64,000 nucleotides of DNA from a virus (Duplodnaviria > Caudoviricetes): positions 10,414 through 74,413 of the IMG/VR virus record IMGVR_UViG_3300027776_000002. One strand, 5' to 3'. The notes beneath the pieces were generated by a model that searched no databases, had not been told where the DNA came from, and worked only from the letters and a program-made list of their open reading frames with translations. This document shows, in pieces, positions 1-8,183 of this stretch. The translations under genes and the position numbers were made by a program. Within the stretch, counting starts at the first letter, position 1; every line of letters begins with the position of its first letter.

Positions 1-228
1 AATACAAAAGAACGTCAGGAAGTGATGGTGCAGATTGAATCTGCTCTTAAACTAATGGGCATCAAATTTCAAAAGGGTAAAACATTCAAAATTCGTATTC
101 TTAATGAAAAACAACAAGAAGCAGTTCATCAAATCAAAACTATAACTTTTAGTGCTCAATATGGTCAGCAAGACCCAATTAGCAATGGCAAAGGAATAAA
201 AGCCATCATCATAGATGATGTGTACTAA
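1..228 (+). CDS. Hypothetical protein, 5' truncated by the window edge
   Basis: Frame is open from position 1 (NTKERQEVMVQ...). C-terminal LKLMGIKF..KIRILNE resembles the next ORF. Confidence 0.6.
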   Translation, partial: NTKERQEVMVQIESALKLMGIKFQKGKTFKIRILNEKQQEAVHQIKTITFSAQYGQQDPISNGKGIKAIIIDDVY

Positions 229-482
229 TGGTCGATCAAGATCTTCATTACAAACAAGTCGAAGCGTACTACACGCTATTGATGAAACATCCAGGTCGTA
301 CTCTTCGAGTTCCAATTCCTTTACGTGGTGAACCGCTACCAAGCCAAGAAGATTACGACAACAGCGTTCTCATCTGGCAAGAGGTCAGGGATCTCTTGAA
401 AATGATGGGAGTCAAACACGATTCTTTCAAAGAGAATCTTGGAATAAGGATACACAATGAAAACGCTTCAAGAGCGAGTTAG
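228..482 (+). CDS. Hypothetical protein (84 aa)
   Basis: ATG overlaps the previous stop (TAATG); part of a tightly packed + strand operon. Confidence 0.7.
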   Translation: MVDQDLHYKQVEAYYTLLMKHPGRTLRVPIPLRGEPLPSQEDYDNSVLIWQEVRDLLKMMGVKHDSFKENLGIRIHNENASRAS

Positions 483-798
483 CAATGCATCTAATGCAGT
501 AAAGACAGGTGTCCATGTCAGCAATTCAACTCTTCGAGAGTTGATAGTCGAAATAGATCAAGCAACAAATCATTGGGCCAAAAAAGCAGCTGAAGGACAT
601 CGAGCACAGATCAAGAAGTTATCTCGCGGTAAAGAGAAGCAACATCTGATTTACATGCTCGATACGATCCGAGATCAGCCAATGAGCATCGGAAAAGTCA
701 ATCGCTGGCTTAGTTGGATACAAGCAACGCTAGTTCATAAATTCGGTGTAGCAACACTTGAAGAGATGAAGCAACACAACAAGGCGTATTCCGAATGA
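457..798 (+). CDS. Hypothetical phage protein (113 aa)
   Basis: AAGGA Shine-Dalgarno upstream; stop overlaps the next start (ATGA). Confidence 0.7.
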   Translation: MKTLQERVSNASNAVKTGVHVSNSTLRELIVEIDQATNHWAKKAAEGHRAQIKKLSRGKEKQHLIYMLDTIRDQPMSIGKVNRWLSWIQATLVHKFGVATLEEMKQHNKAYSE

Positions 799-1133
799 AT
801 CTAGGGCGTCGTCTGACGATCATCGAAAAAATTGAAGCCCGATGTGAGATTGTTGATATTGGGTTTAAAATCAACAACAAGGCGTCTCCATGCCATCTAT
901 GGACTGGCCCTACATCTGGTTCTGGTCGAGGTGGTGGCTATGGCCGTATGTGTCTCGATGGTCAAACCGTCGCTACACATATCGTGGTTTACACGCATTA
1001 CTTCGGCTATATTCCTGGGAAGAAACAGGTGGATCATCTGTGCAACCAGAGACTGTGTTGCAATCCACAACATCTAGAATTGGTCACACATCTGAAAAAT
1101 CAAAGGCGTAGAGCCAAGAGGGCAAAATCATGA
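795..1133 (+). CDS. HNH endonuclease (N4 gp22-like)
   Basis: CHLWTG...GYG...H...VDHLCNQRLCCNPQHLELVTHLKN is the HNH_3-type His/Cys/Asn pattern. Confidence 0.85.
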   Translation: MNLGRRLTIIEKIEARCEIVDIGFKINNKASPCHLWTGPTSGSGRGGGYGRMCLDGQTVATHIVVYTHYFGYIPGKKQVDHLCNQRLCCNPQHLELVTHLKNQRRRAKRAKS

Positions 1134-1648
1134 ACGATAATACTGTATGTGGTGGCTGTGGAAATAGCGATCCAGAAAAGAGATGTTTGGGTTGTTTACA
1201 TTCATTCTCACAAGAAAAGAAAATAGATCTGAGTGAGCTTTTTCCAAACAGTCCAGAAAATGCTTTCAAGCGAATCATTCATCAAGATCGTCACAATTCG
1301 ATGGATGTGAAAATCGTTCAAGATGCTTTGAAAGCTCACGCTTTCAATAACTCTCCAATTACAATCGAAACAATTTGCGAAAGTAAACCAAACAAAAGAC
1401 GAACATACCATACAAAAATAACTCGTTCTGGTAATTCAATTGAAAATGGTTTTACTTATATTGCGGGATATGCTGCCTACAATACTGCATTATGGAAGCA
1501 CATTCTATTAGGGCATGACAAACCTAATATAAACAATTTCGATGTTGACCCAAACACCAATGATTGTGTTGCATGTGGTGCTCCAAACTCCCCAAGAGAT
1601 CTTGGATCAGGTGGTCCTTATCGTTGTAGTAATTGCATCATCTATTGA
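1130..1648 (+). CDS. Hypothetical protein with CxxC pairs at both ends
   Basis: CGGC/CLGC at the N-terminus, CVAC/CSNC at the C-terminus; ATGA coupling to the previous gene. Confidence 0.6.
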   Translation: MNDNTVCGGCGNSDPEKRCLGCLHSFSQEKKIDLSELFPNSPENAFKRIIHQDRHNSMDVKIVQDALKAHAFNNSPITIETICESKPNKRRTYHTKITRSGNSIENGFTYIAGYAAYNTALWKHILLGHDKPNINNFDVDPNTNDCVACGAPNSPRDLGSGGPYRCSNCIIY

Positions 1649-1657
1649 GGATAAGTT

Positions 1658-1933
1658 ATGGCCGTCTATGTTGATGACATGCGAGCACCATTCCGTCGAA
1701 TGATCATGTGTCACATGATTGCCGACACCACCGAAGAACTCAATGCAATGGCTGACAAGATAGGTGTAGCTCGAAAATGGATTCAGTACCCTGGATCCAG
1801 TAGAGAGCACTACGATATCTGTCTATCAGCCCGAGCCAAAGCTGTTGCCGCTGGTGCCATTGAAATCACATGGCGCGAAACAGCCGAACGCACAATGGCA
1901 AAAAGGAAAGAAGAAAATGAGCAACGAAAATGA
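1658..1933 (+). CDS. DUF4031-family protein
   Basis: MAVYVDD...MCHMIADTTEELNAMA..IG....W.Q....EHYDI....RA.AV..GA matches the recalled DUF4031 pattern; GAGG SD. Confidence 0.8.
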   Translation: MAVYVDDMRAPFRRMIMCHMIADTTEELNAMADKIGVARKWIQYPGSSREHYDICLSARAKAVAAGAIEITWRETAERTMAKRKEENEQRK

Positions 1934-2279
1934 AAACCTGGTTGTTGGCTATGCAGCAAATGGTAGAGAGATTTATGCAAAGAATGAAGGATTTGTTACA
2001 CAGGCTTTCATTTTTTGCAAGAAATGCAATCTACCAATCAAATCTACAGGGGGACCAAGCACAGGTTCCATCTGTGTTAGCTGCCTCCCAAAGTACATGA
2101 TTACTCTTCTTGATAAGAAATACGATGATGAATCTATGTACGACGGGAGCCGAGATTTTGCAGAAGCATTGGACGAAAACTTTAATTCAATGCTTAAGCA
2201 CATTCCAAAAGATGAACACAATTTCTTAAAAGGAACTTTTCGAGTTCTGATCACTTGGGAACCAGACGATGACTCGTAA
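1917..2279 (+). CDS. Hypothetical protein (start moved to MSNENE)
   Basis: AAGGA upstream of ATG 1917; contains CKKC and CVSC. Confidence 0.6.
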   Translation: MSNENENLVVGYAANGREIYAKNEGFVTQAFIFCKKCNLPIKSTGGPSTGSICVSCLPKYMITLLDKKYDDESMYDGSRDFAEALDENFNSMLKHIPKDEHNFLKGTFRVLITWEPDDDS

Positions 2280-2613
2280 TCCTTTTGCAGCTGATGGCAC
2301 TGCTACAAATCCCAGTCCAAGTAAGATTGAATATCCAGCATGTGATCGCTGTGGAAGCCCCAATGTGAGCGCCGATGCAGCAGCTCGCTGGGATCATCAA
2401 AAACAGGATTGGGTGACTACCACAATTTTCGACAAAGGACACTCGTGCGATGACTGCGAAGACGAATGCGGCATCGAATGGAAAGAAGGCAATCCCGAGG
2501 ATTGGGAACCAGAAGAAGAAAAGAAAGAAGAAGTCAAGCAGAAGTGTACAAACTGCTACGACAATCCACAGGTTGCGTTCTGTGAATCGTGCGGCAAGGG
2601 GATGGTGCTGTGA
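2269..2613 (+). CDS. Putative zinc-ribbon protein
   Basis: CDRC, CDDC, CTNC and CESC motifs with an acidic linker. Confidence 0.6.
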   Translation: MTRNPFAADGTATNPSPSKIEYPACDRCGSPNVSADAAARWDHQKQDWVTTTIFDKGHSCDDCEDECGIEWKEGNPEDWEPEEEKKEEVKQKCTNCYDNPQVAFCESCGKGMVL

Positions 2614-2795
2614 TGATTCCTGATCTCTGGCTCAATTCATTCGATGAACATCTGAAGAAATTCTTCGGTATCGATCATCACGATGCTGGTCTTTCGGATG
2701 AACATCTACTTCGTTACACAGATCTTGAGCCAAGAGAAGCAGCTTTGGTGTACGGAGAAGATTATGACCTCGACAGAATCGACCGAGGATTTTGA
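2613..2795 (+). CDS. Small hypothetical protein (MIPDLW..., 60 aa)
   Basis: TGATG stop/start overlap at 2611-2615. Confidence 0.6.
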   Translation: MIPDLWLNSFDEHLKKFFGIDHHDAGLSDEHLLRYTDLEPREAALVYGEDYDLDRIDRGF

Positions 2796-3165
2796 TCCGG
2801 ATCATATTCATCGCAATCCAGTGTATCTGTCAGGCGAAGAGACGATCTACTTGATCTCGGACATCCTGGATCCAAAGCCAAAAGAAGAACGTGCAACTGG
2901 ACGTACTTCTCGATTGGCGTGCAAGTACGCCGAGATGGCAATGCAATTTCCAAATACCAGAGTGATGGTTAAAGATCATTGCGATGACCGGCATACTAAT
3001 AATCGACTAATGGAAATGGTGGGGAGAATTTTGACAGCACTCAACATCGAATATCAGATGAGTGAAATTCCCATTGCAATTAGAGATCCAACTTCTTTTA
3101 CTGGTGTAAAGATGACCGACAAAGCTGGTCACTACATTATTGTTCGACCGCCACCTTCTGCTTAG
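2764..3165 (+). CDS. Hypothetical protein (start moved to MTSTES)
   Basis: GGAG SD upstream of ATG 2764. Confidence 0.6.
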   Translation: MTSTESTEDFDPDHIHRNPVYLSGEETIYLISDILDPKPKEERATGRTSRLACKYAEMAMQFPNTRVMVKDHCDDRHTNNRLMEMVGRILTALNIEYQMSEIPIAIRDPTSFTGVKMTDKAGHYIIVRPPPSA

Positions 3166-3205
3166 CCTGTTTTGCGGGTGGTTTCCCACAAGACAAGGAA
3201 AAAAC

Positions 3206-3553
3206 ATGAGTAACCGTACTCCAAGCACCGATGCTCTTGAAACATTGGGCATGATCCATTTCAAACCTGAGCATCGTGATGCGATTCATCTGGCTGTCGA
3301 ACCTGTTGTAGCTGGAATGGATCTTCGTCCAGGCGAGCCAATCGGAATTCTCCACGGCACCGCTTATCCTGCTGGTTCCACGCAGATGATTGATGCCAAT
3401 CTTAACGGCAAGGTGCCTTCGCAAGGCATCGTAGATCCGTTTCTTCCACGCAATGTAAAGCGTGGTGAATCCTTTTGGTTCATCATGAATCCAAGAATGG
3501 TAACTTCGCTGCGCCATGTCTGGGATCACCCGGATTTTCCAAAAGGGGCGTAA
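3206..3553 (+). CDS. Conserved N4-like hypothetical protein
   Basis: RDAIHLAVEPV...GIVDPFL...FW....P...TSLRHVWDHPDF pattern recalled from N4-like phages; AAGGA SD. Confidence 0.7.
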   Translation: MSNRTPSTDALETLGMIHFKPEHRDAIHLAVEPVVAGMDLRPGEPIGILHGTAYPAGSTQMIDANLNGKVPSQGIVDPFLPRNVKRGESFWFIMNPRMVTSLRHVWDHPDFPKGA

Positions 3554-3900
3554 TGAAATTTCCATACCCAGAAAACGAACACAAATCCAGAGTGATATGC
3601 GGTGATCCTGTTGCTCTTGCATACGAATGGATTCGTGCTTACACAGAGAATCTCAACAGTCGAATCAACCAAGCTGAAGATGGTTCATTGCTAACCATGA
3701 AAGAAGTCATTGAAACAGCAATGTCGCATGTCAATGCTAGTGATGGCCCATACGCATGGGGTGATTACATTACTCGTGGCGGTGCTTTTGAAGGTGTAAG
3801 AATTGACCCAACTTTTTGGGACAAATTGGCCGATTTCAAACAAATCGAAATTTCGCATGACAAGAGAAATAATTTTCTTAGTTTTAGTTGTTCATGCTAA
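3553..3900 (+). CDS. Conserved N4-like hypothetical protein ending FSCSC
   Basis: TAATG coupling; C-terminal FSCSC. Confidence 0.7.
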   Translation: MKFPYPENEHKSRVICGDPVALAYEWIRAYTENLNSRINQAEDGSLLTMKEVIETAMSHVNASDGPYAWGDYITRGGAFEGVRIDPTFWDKLADFKQIEISHDKRNNFLSFSCSC

Positions 3901-3915
3901 CCGGGGACAATACCA

Positions 3916-4950
3916 ATGACCGAGCTTTATCAATGCACCCCAAGACAAATCAGGGGATTTGTCACCGATTGTCTTTATGCTGGACTGACACCTTATGTGC
4001 AGTCAAGTCCTGGCATGGGCAAATCTTCCATCATGCGAAATATCGCAAGCGACCTTCAATTGAAGATGATTGATCACCGTCTGAGTACCAGTGCTCCGGA
4101 AGATCTCTCTGGCCTACCTCGATTCAACGAACATGGCGAAGCTGTGTTCTCGCCATTCGCTGATCTATTCCCGGTCGAAGGCAGGGAATTGCCAAAAGGT
4201 ATGCAGGGCTGGATGCTATTCCTCGACGAATTCAACGCTGCCTCCAAGAGCGTCCAGGCTGCGGCCTACAAGCTCATCCTGGATCGTCAGGTGGGTCAGC
4301 ACAACCTACACGAGAAAGCCGTTCTAACAGCCGCTGGGAATCTCTCAACGGATCGTGCTATCACTAACCCGATCAGCACAGCCATGCAGAGCCGCGTTGT
4401 ACATCTCGAAATGCGAATCGACTTCGAGGAATGGCTGTACGATGTTGCACTGAAAGAAAACTACGACAGTCGAATCATTGGATTCCTGTCACAGTATCCA
4501 TCAAAGCTGATGGATTTCCGTCCTGATCACAACGAGAAAACATTCTGCTGTCCTCGTACCTGGGAATTCACGAATCGCCTAATCAAAGATCGGGATGTGA
4601 AGAATGAGACTGCAACTTTGCTCGCTGGCACCATTACGTCTGGTGTAGCGGTAGACTTCGTACAATTTACAAGGGTCTATCACAATCTCGTAACGATTCA
4701 AGAGATTAGACAGGATCCTCAAAATTGCCGAGTACCACAAGATAACGGATCCAAATGGGCAATCATCTCGCACATGATGGAAAAGATTACAGAGGAAAAT
4801 TTCAATGATCTTGCTATCTATGCAGATCGTTTTACCTTCGATTTCCGGGTTCTGTTTTATCGTTCGGTGATGGTACGTCAACCAACGTTCCGAACGCATT
4901 CTCCGTTCATTCGTGCAATGTCCGCACTGGCTCGGTACCTCACCGGCTAA
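3916..4950 (+). CDS. MoxR-like AAA+ ATPase (N4 gp24-like)
   Basis: Walker A SSPGMGKS, Walker B LFLDEFN, AAGN sensor; directly followed by a vWA partner gene. Confidence 0.9.
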   Translation: MTELYQCTPRQIRGFVTDCLYAGLTPYVQSSPGMGKSSIMRNIASDLQLKMIDHRLSTSAPEDLSGLPRFNEHGEAVFSPFADLFPVEGRELPKGMQGWMLFLDEFNAASKSVQAAAYKLILDRQVGQHNLHEKAVLTAAGNLSTDRAITNPISTAMQSRVVHLEMRIDFEEWLYDVALKENYDSRIIGFLSQYPSKLMDFRPDHNEKTFCCPRTWEFTNRLIKDRDVKNETATLLAGTITSGVAVDFVQFTRVYHNLVTIQEIRQDPQNCRVPQDNGSKWAIISHMMEKITEENFNDLAIYADRFTFDFRVLFYRSVMVRQPTFRTHSPFIRAMSALARYLTG

Positions 4951-4959
4951 GGAATAATC

Positions 4960-6102
4960 ATGAACTTGAAAGTCGAAGTTGATCCGCAAGAGATTGACTT
5001 CAATGAACTGACACGAGACTTGGATCGAACCAAGTCGAGTGTCTTCATGAGCGACAAGAATGCTGCTTTCCTTGGTTCGCTCATGTGTTCATTGAATTTT
5101 TTATGGACCAACAATTATCCAACAGCCGCAACAGATGGAATAAATCTGATGTGGAATCCAAGTTTCTTTCAGTCACTTGTTCCATTGTCTAGAGAAACAG
5201 TATTGCAACATGAATTGTGGCATGTTGGTTTACTTCATAACATCCGAAGAGGAACCCGAGATCCAGGAACATGGAACAAAGCCTGCGACATCAAAATCAA
5301 TCTAATGCTGGAAGCAGAAAAATGTACCTTCGTCGGTGTTGAAGATGCTCGTGGTGATCCGAAATACATCGGATGGATTGAAGAAGATATTTACGATGAT
5401 CTGATTAAGCAACAAACCGTTCCACCCTGTAGCGGTTGTTGTACGGATAAGGTTCCAGTCAGTGATATAAATATTCAAGCTACGATCAACAACGTGGTAC
5501 AGGCAATCCATCAGGCAAAAGCTGCTGGTGTGACAAAGATTCCTGGGCAAATCGAGGAGATTGTCAAACAGTTTCTTGAACCACAGATTCCATGGCAGAC
5601 AGTGTTGATGCAATTCTTCACTGATTTGCTACAAGAGGATTATAGCTGGAAACGACCGAACAGGCGTTATTCAGACATCTACCTTCCATCTCGTTGTATG
5701 GATGATGGACGATTAGAACATCTAATTTACTATCTCGATGTTTCGGGTTCGTGTTCTGAAACAGATGTGATTCGTTTCAACAGCGAAGTGAAATACATCC
5801 AGGAAGTGTTAAAGCCAAAGCGCTTGACACTCGTACAATTCGACGACAGTATTCAAGCAACCAAGGAATTCAAAGAAGAGGATCCATTCGACGAGATTCA
5901 AATCGTAGGTCGTGGTGGTACCCTCTGGGAACCAGTTAGAGAACACATTGAAAAACACAAGCCTACTACTGCGATTGTCTTTACTGACATGGGCTTCTTC
6001 GATGCAATCATTCAACCTAATATCGACGTTCCATTGATTTGGATTGCAATCAACAAACCCGGTGCATCTGCCCCATTCGGAAAGATACTCCACATCAGGT
6101 AA
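4960..6102 (+). CDS. Metallopeptidase-like/vWA domain protein (N4 gp25-like)
   Basis: HELWH (HExxH) zinc motif, AATDG, MIDAS-like DVSGS and GRGGT. Confidence 0.88.
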   Translation: MNLKVEVDPQEIDFNELTRDLDRTKSSVFMSDKNAAFLGSLMCSLNFLWTNNYPTAATDGINLMWNPSFFQSLVPLSRETVLQHELWHVGLLHNIRRGTRDPGTWNKACDIKINLMLEAEKCTFVGVEDARGDPKYIGWIEEDIYDDLIKQQTVPPCSGCCTDKVPVSDINIQATINNVVQAIHQAKAAGVTKIPGQIEEIVKQFLEPQIPWQTVLMQFFTDLLQEDYSWKRPNRRYSDIYLPSRCMDDGRLEHLIYYLDVSGSCSETDVIRFNSEVKYIQEVLKPKRLTLVQFDDSIQATKEFKEEDPFDEIQIVGRGGTLWEPVREHIEKHKPTTAIVFTDMGFFDAIIQPNIDVPLIWIAINKPGASAPFGKILHIR

Positions 6103-6112
6103 GGAGAACAAA

Positions 6113-6304
6113 ATGCGTAATACAATTCGTGCTACGGGGATGCTGCCTTTAATGCTATCTTTCTATGGGGGTGGTCTTCGTCACAATAGAATTCTCAGTG
6201 GCAATCGAAGCATGCCAGAAGAGATGCAGAAGGAAACCATGGCAGCTGCTCAACGCAAACGTAAGCGTAAAATGGATCGTCCACAAGGTTGGTACAACGG
6301 ATGA
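6113..6304 (+). CDS. Small basic hypothetical protein
   Basis: AAGGAG SD; ends AAAQRKRKRK. Confidence 0.6.
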   Translation: MRNTIRATGMLPLMLSFYGGGLRHNRILSGNRSMPEEMQKETMAAAQRKRKRKMDRPQGWYNG

Positions 6305-6339
6305 TATAATTCAAAACTGTTGAACCAAAGGAGGAAATC

Positions 6340-6846
6340 ATGGTCATTAATGACATGAAATTACTAATTGCTGCTCCGATTAAGAACATGCTTGAATACA
6401 AGGACAAAGACCATGGTGTAAGTCATGGTCTGTCTGAAGCTGGCTACGATATTCGGATTGCTCAAAACATCGAGTTTAAAAAAGATGCTTCCGGTATTCA
6501 ATGCGTTGGTGTAATGCCACCTGGACATGAACCTTCTTTTGATGAAGGACGATTTTGTATTGCATCAGCGATGGAAGAATTTGACATGCCAACCCATCTG
6601 GTAGGCATTGTCCACGACAAATCTTCATGGGCACGTCAAGGTCTTTCCGTCTTCAACACGGTCATCGAACCTGGATGGAAAGGTTTCTTAACCCTCGAAT
6701 TGGTTTATCATGGGAACACAGGTTTGGTTATTCCAGCTGGTGCTGGAATCGCACAAGTGATCTTCCATGAGTTGTCGTCGAGGGTTTGCTATGATGGCAA
6801 GTATCAGAACCAAGAGAATCGACCTGTTCCAGCTCGTGAAAGCTAA
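6340..6846 (+). CDS. dcd: dCTP deaminase / dUTPase family protein
   Basis: GLSEAGYDIR, DKSSWARQGL, EPGWKGFLTLEL and GIAQVIF motifs; GGAGG SD. Confidence 0.9.
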   Translation: MVINDMKLLIAAPIKNMLEYKDKDHGVSHGLSEAGYDIRIAQNIEFKKDASGIQCVGVMPPGHEPSFDEGRFCIASAMEEFDMPTHLVGIVHDKSSWARQGLSVFNTVIEPGWKGFLTLELVYHGNTGLVIPAGAGIAQVIFHELSSRVCYDGKYQNQENRPVPARES

Positions 6847-6896
6847 CCGTCAATCGTTTCATGGGTTTATAAACCCCAAACCAAAGAGAGGAAACA

Positions 6897-7469
6897 ATGG
6901 CAACCAAGAAAACCGCTCGCAAAAGTGCGAAGAAGACAGCGACAAAGAAGGCTACTAAAAAACGTGCCTACACTCGTCGTACTCCGGTGGATGACAAACC
7001 GAAGCGAAAGTACAACCGCAAGCCGAAACCCGAACAAGCAGAAACAATTCCGATGACGGATACGGCAGCAGAACAGCCGAATCTGGACAAAGTTGAAATT
7101 GCGGGCTATAGCGAAACTCAAAGCAATGCCAGTGTGCTACGAGAGATCCAGGTGATCGATCTGCGTGGTGCCAATACGGTTGAGCGTTTCACTGTGCTGG
7201 CGATGCTGGACAAAGAGGGCTACCTCACCGAACAGCTGAAAAGTCCGCTGGATCACGATCAGTTCCAATCGCATCTGTTCACGGATGCCATCGGGCTGAA
7301 TCACAACAATAAAATCATCAGTCCTGCCGAATGGACCAATGCCAGTCGCAGTGCTCAGATCAGTCGTCCACAGGTTCGATGGAAGTCGTTTATCGGTTTC
7401 ACAAAGCCGGATGCTGCTTACGAAGACACGCTGCAAGTCGGCAACGCAACCTACATTCGCGTAGGTTGA
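6897..7469 (+). CDS. Protein with histone H1-like Lys/Ala/Thr-rich N-terminus, putative nucleic-acid binding
   Basis: N-terminus MATKKTARKSAKKTATKKATKKRAYTRR...KPKRKYNRKPK; GAGGA SD. Confidence 0.7.
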   Translation: MATKKTARKSAKKTATKKATKKRAYTRRTPVDDKPKRKYNRKPKPEQAETIPMTDTAAEQPNLDKVEIAGYSETQSNASVLREIQVIDLRGANTVERFTVLAMLDKEGYLTEQLKSPLDHDQFQSHLFTDAIGLNHNNKIISPAEWTNASRSAQISRPQVRWKSFIGFTKPDAAYEDTLQVGNATYIRVG

Positions 7470-7476
7470 TCAAGAT

Positions 7477-7587
7477 TCGGGAGTTCTCCTTCTCCCGATA
7501 GGTGAAATGCTTCTCCCCAAAGCTATCACCAAGCTGGTAGCCTCCCCTTCTATCAGCAGCTCCGTGGAATTCGGAGCATCGTTCCAC
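7477..7587 (+). ncRNA. Candidate sRNA: three tandem hairpins with CUCC-rich loops plus an H-type pseudoknot
   Basis: Stems 7477-83/7492-98, 7501-12/7520-30 and 7533-40/7550-57 with loops UUCUCCUU, CUCCCCA and CCUCCCCUU. Stem 7559-64/7572-77 has loop UGGAA complementary to downstream UUCCA. Confidence 0.5.
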
Positions 7588-7843
7588 CTTCAGGGATGTC
7601 GAGCGGAGCGAAATCGGAATCTCCGCAATGTCATTAACCGATACGTAAAGCCCTTTGAGGCGAATACTAAATCGGAGGCTGGATGACAAAGAGAAGATTT
7701 GCCCTCCACTGCCGGGGGATTAAACTAGGCTTTCAGGTAGAGTAGGTTCGTTACCTACTCGCGGTGGATCGCTTCTCCCACTAACAAATGCTGGTGTTGT
7801 AAAAACGTACCAGCCATCCCTGACCTTTTCTGAGATCATCATC

Positions 7844-7978
7844 GTGATTAAACCAAAAAAGAAACCTATGCATCCTTGGCGGAATTTTGTTGCACACCCG
7901 CCAAAAAAGGATTACCGTCATTTTCCCGATTCGTCTCCAATTCGACAGCGTGCAAATCAAAAGAATCGAGCCAAATAA
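7844..7978 (+). CDS. Possible 44-aa basic peptide (VIKPKKKPMHPWR...), not in the ORF track
   Basis: Open GTG..TAA frame with a KP..HPWR motif; SD is weak and the ORF overlaps a hairpin. Confidence 0.35.
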   Translation: MIKPKKKPMHPWRNFVAHPPKKDYRHFPDSSPIRQRANQKNRAK

Positions 7979-7987
7979 TCTTTGCCT

Positions 7988-8016
7988 TTGACAAAGTTGC
8001 AAAGGCATATTAAGAT
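7988..8016 (+). promoter_or_regulatory. Host sigma70-type promoter for the tRNA/tmRNA cluster
   Basis: TTGACA (7988-93), 17-nt spacer, TAAGAT (8011-16). Confidence 0.75.
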
Positions 8017-8024
8017 CGTAATAA

Positions 8025-8099
8025 GTGTTCAAGAAGCTGCGTATCGGGGCAACATCTTCCCAACAGCTGATAAGATTCAGCACGCAGCTTCTTGAGCAT
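8025..8099 (+). ncRNA. Structured tRNA leader: 18-bp terminal stem with a two-hairpin head
   Basis: 8025-8042 pairs with 8082-8099 (G-U allowed); inner hairpin GCTGA/TCAGC. Confidence 0.5.
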
Positions 8100-8102
8100 T
8101 TT

Positions 8103-8179
<77 letters not shown>

Positions 8180-8183
8180 TTTA

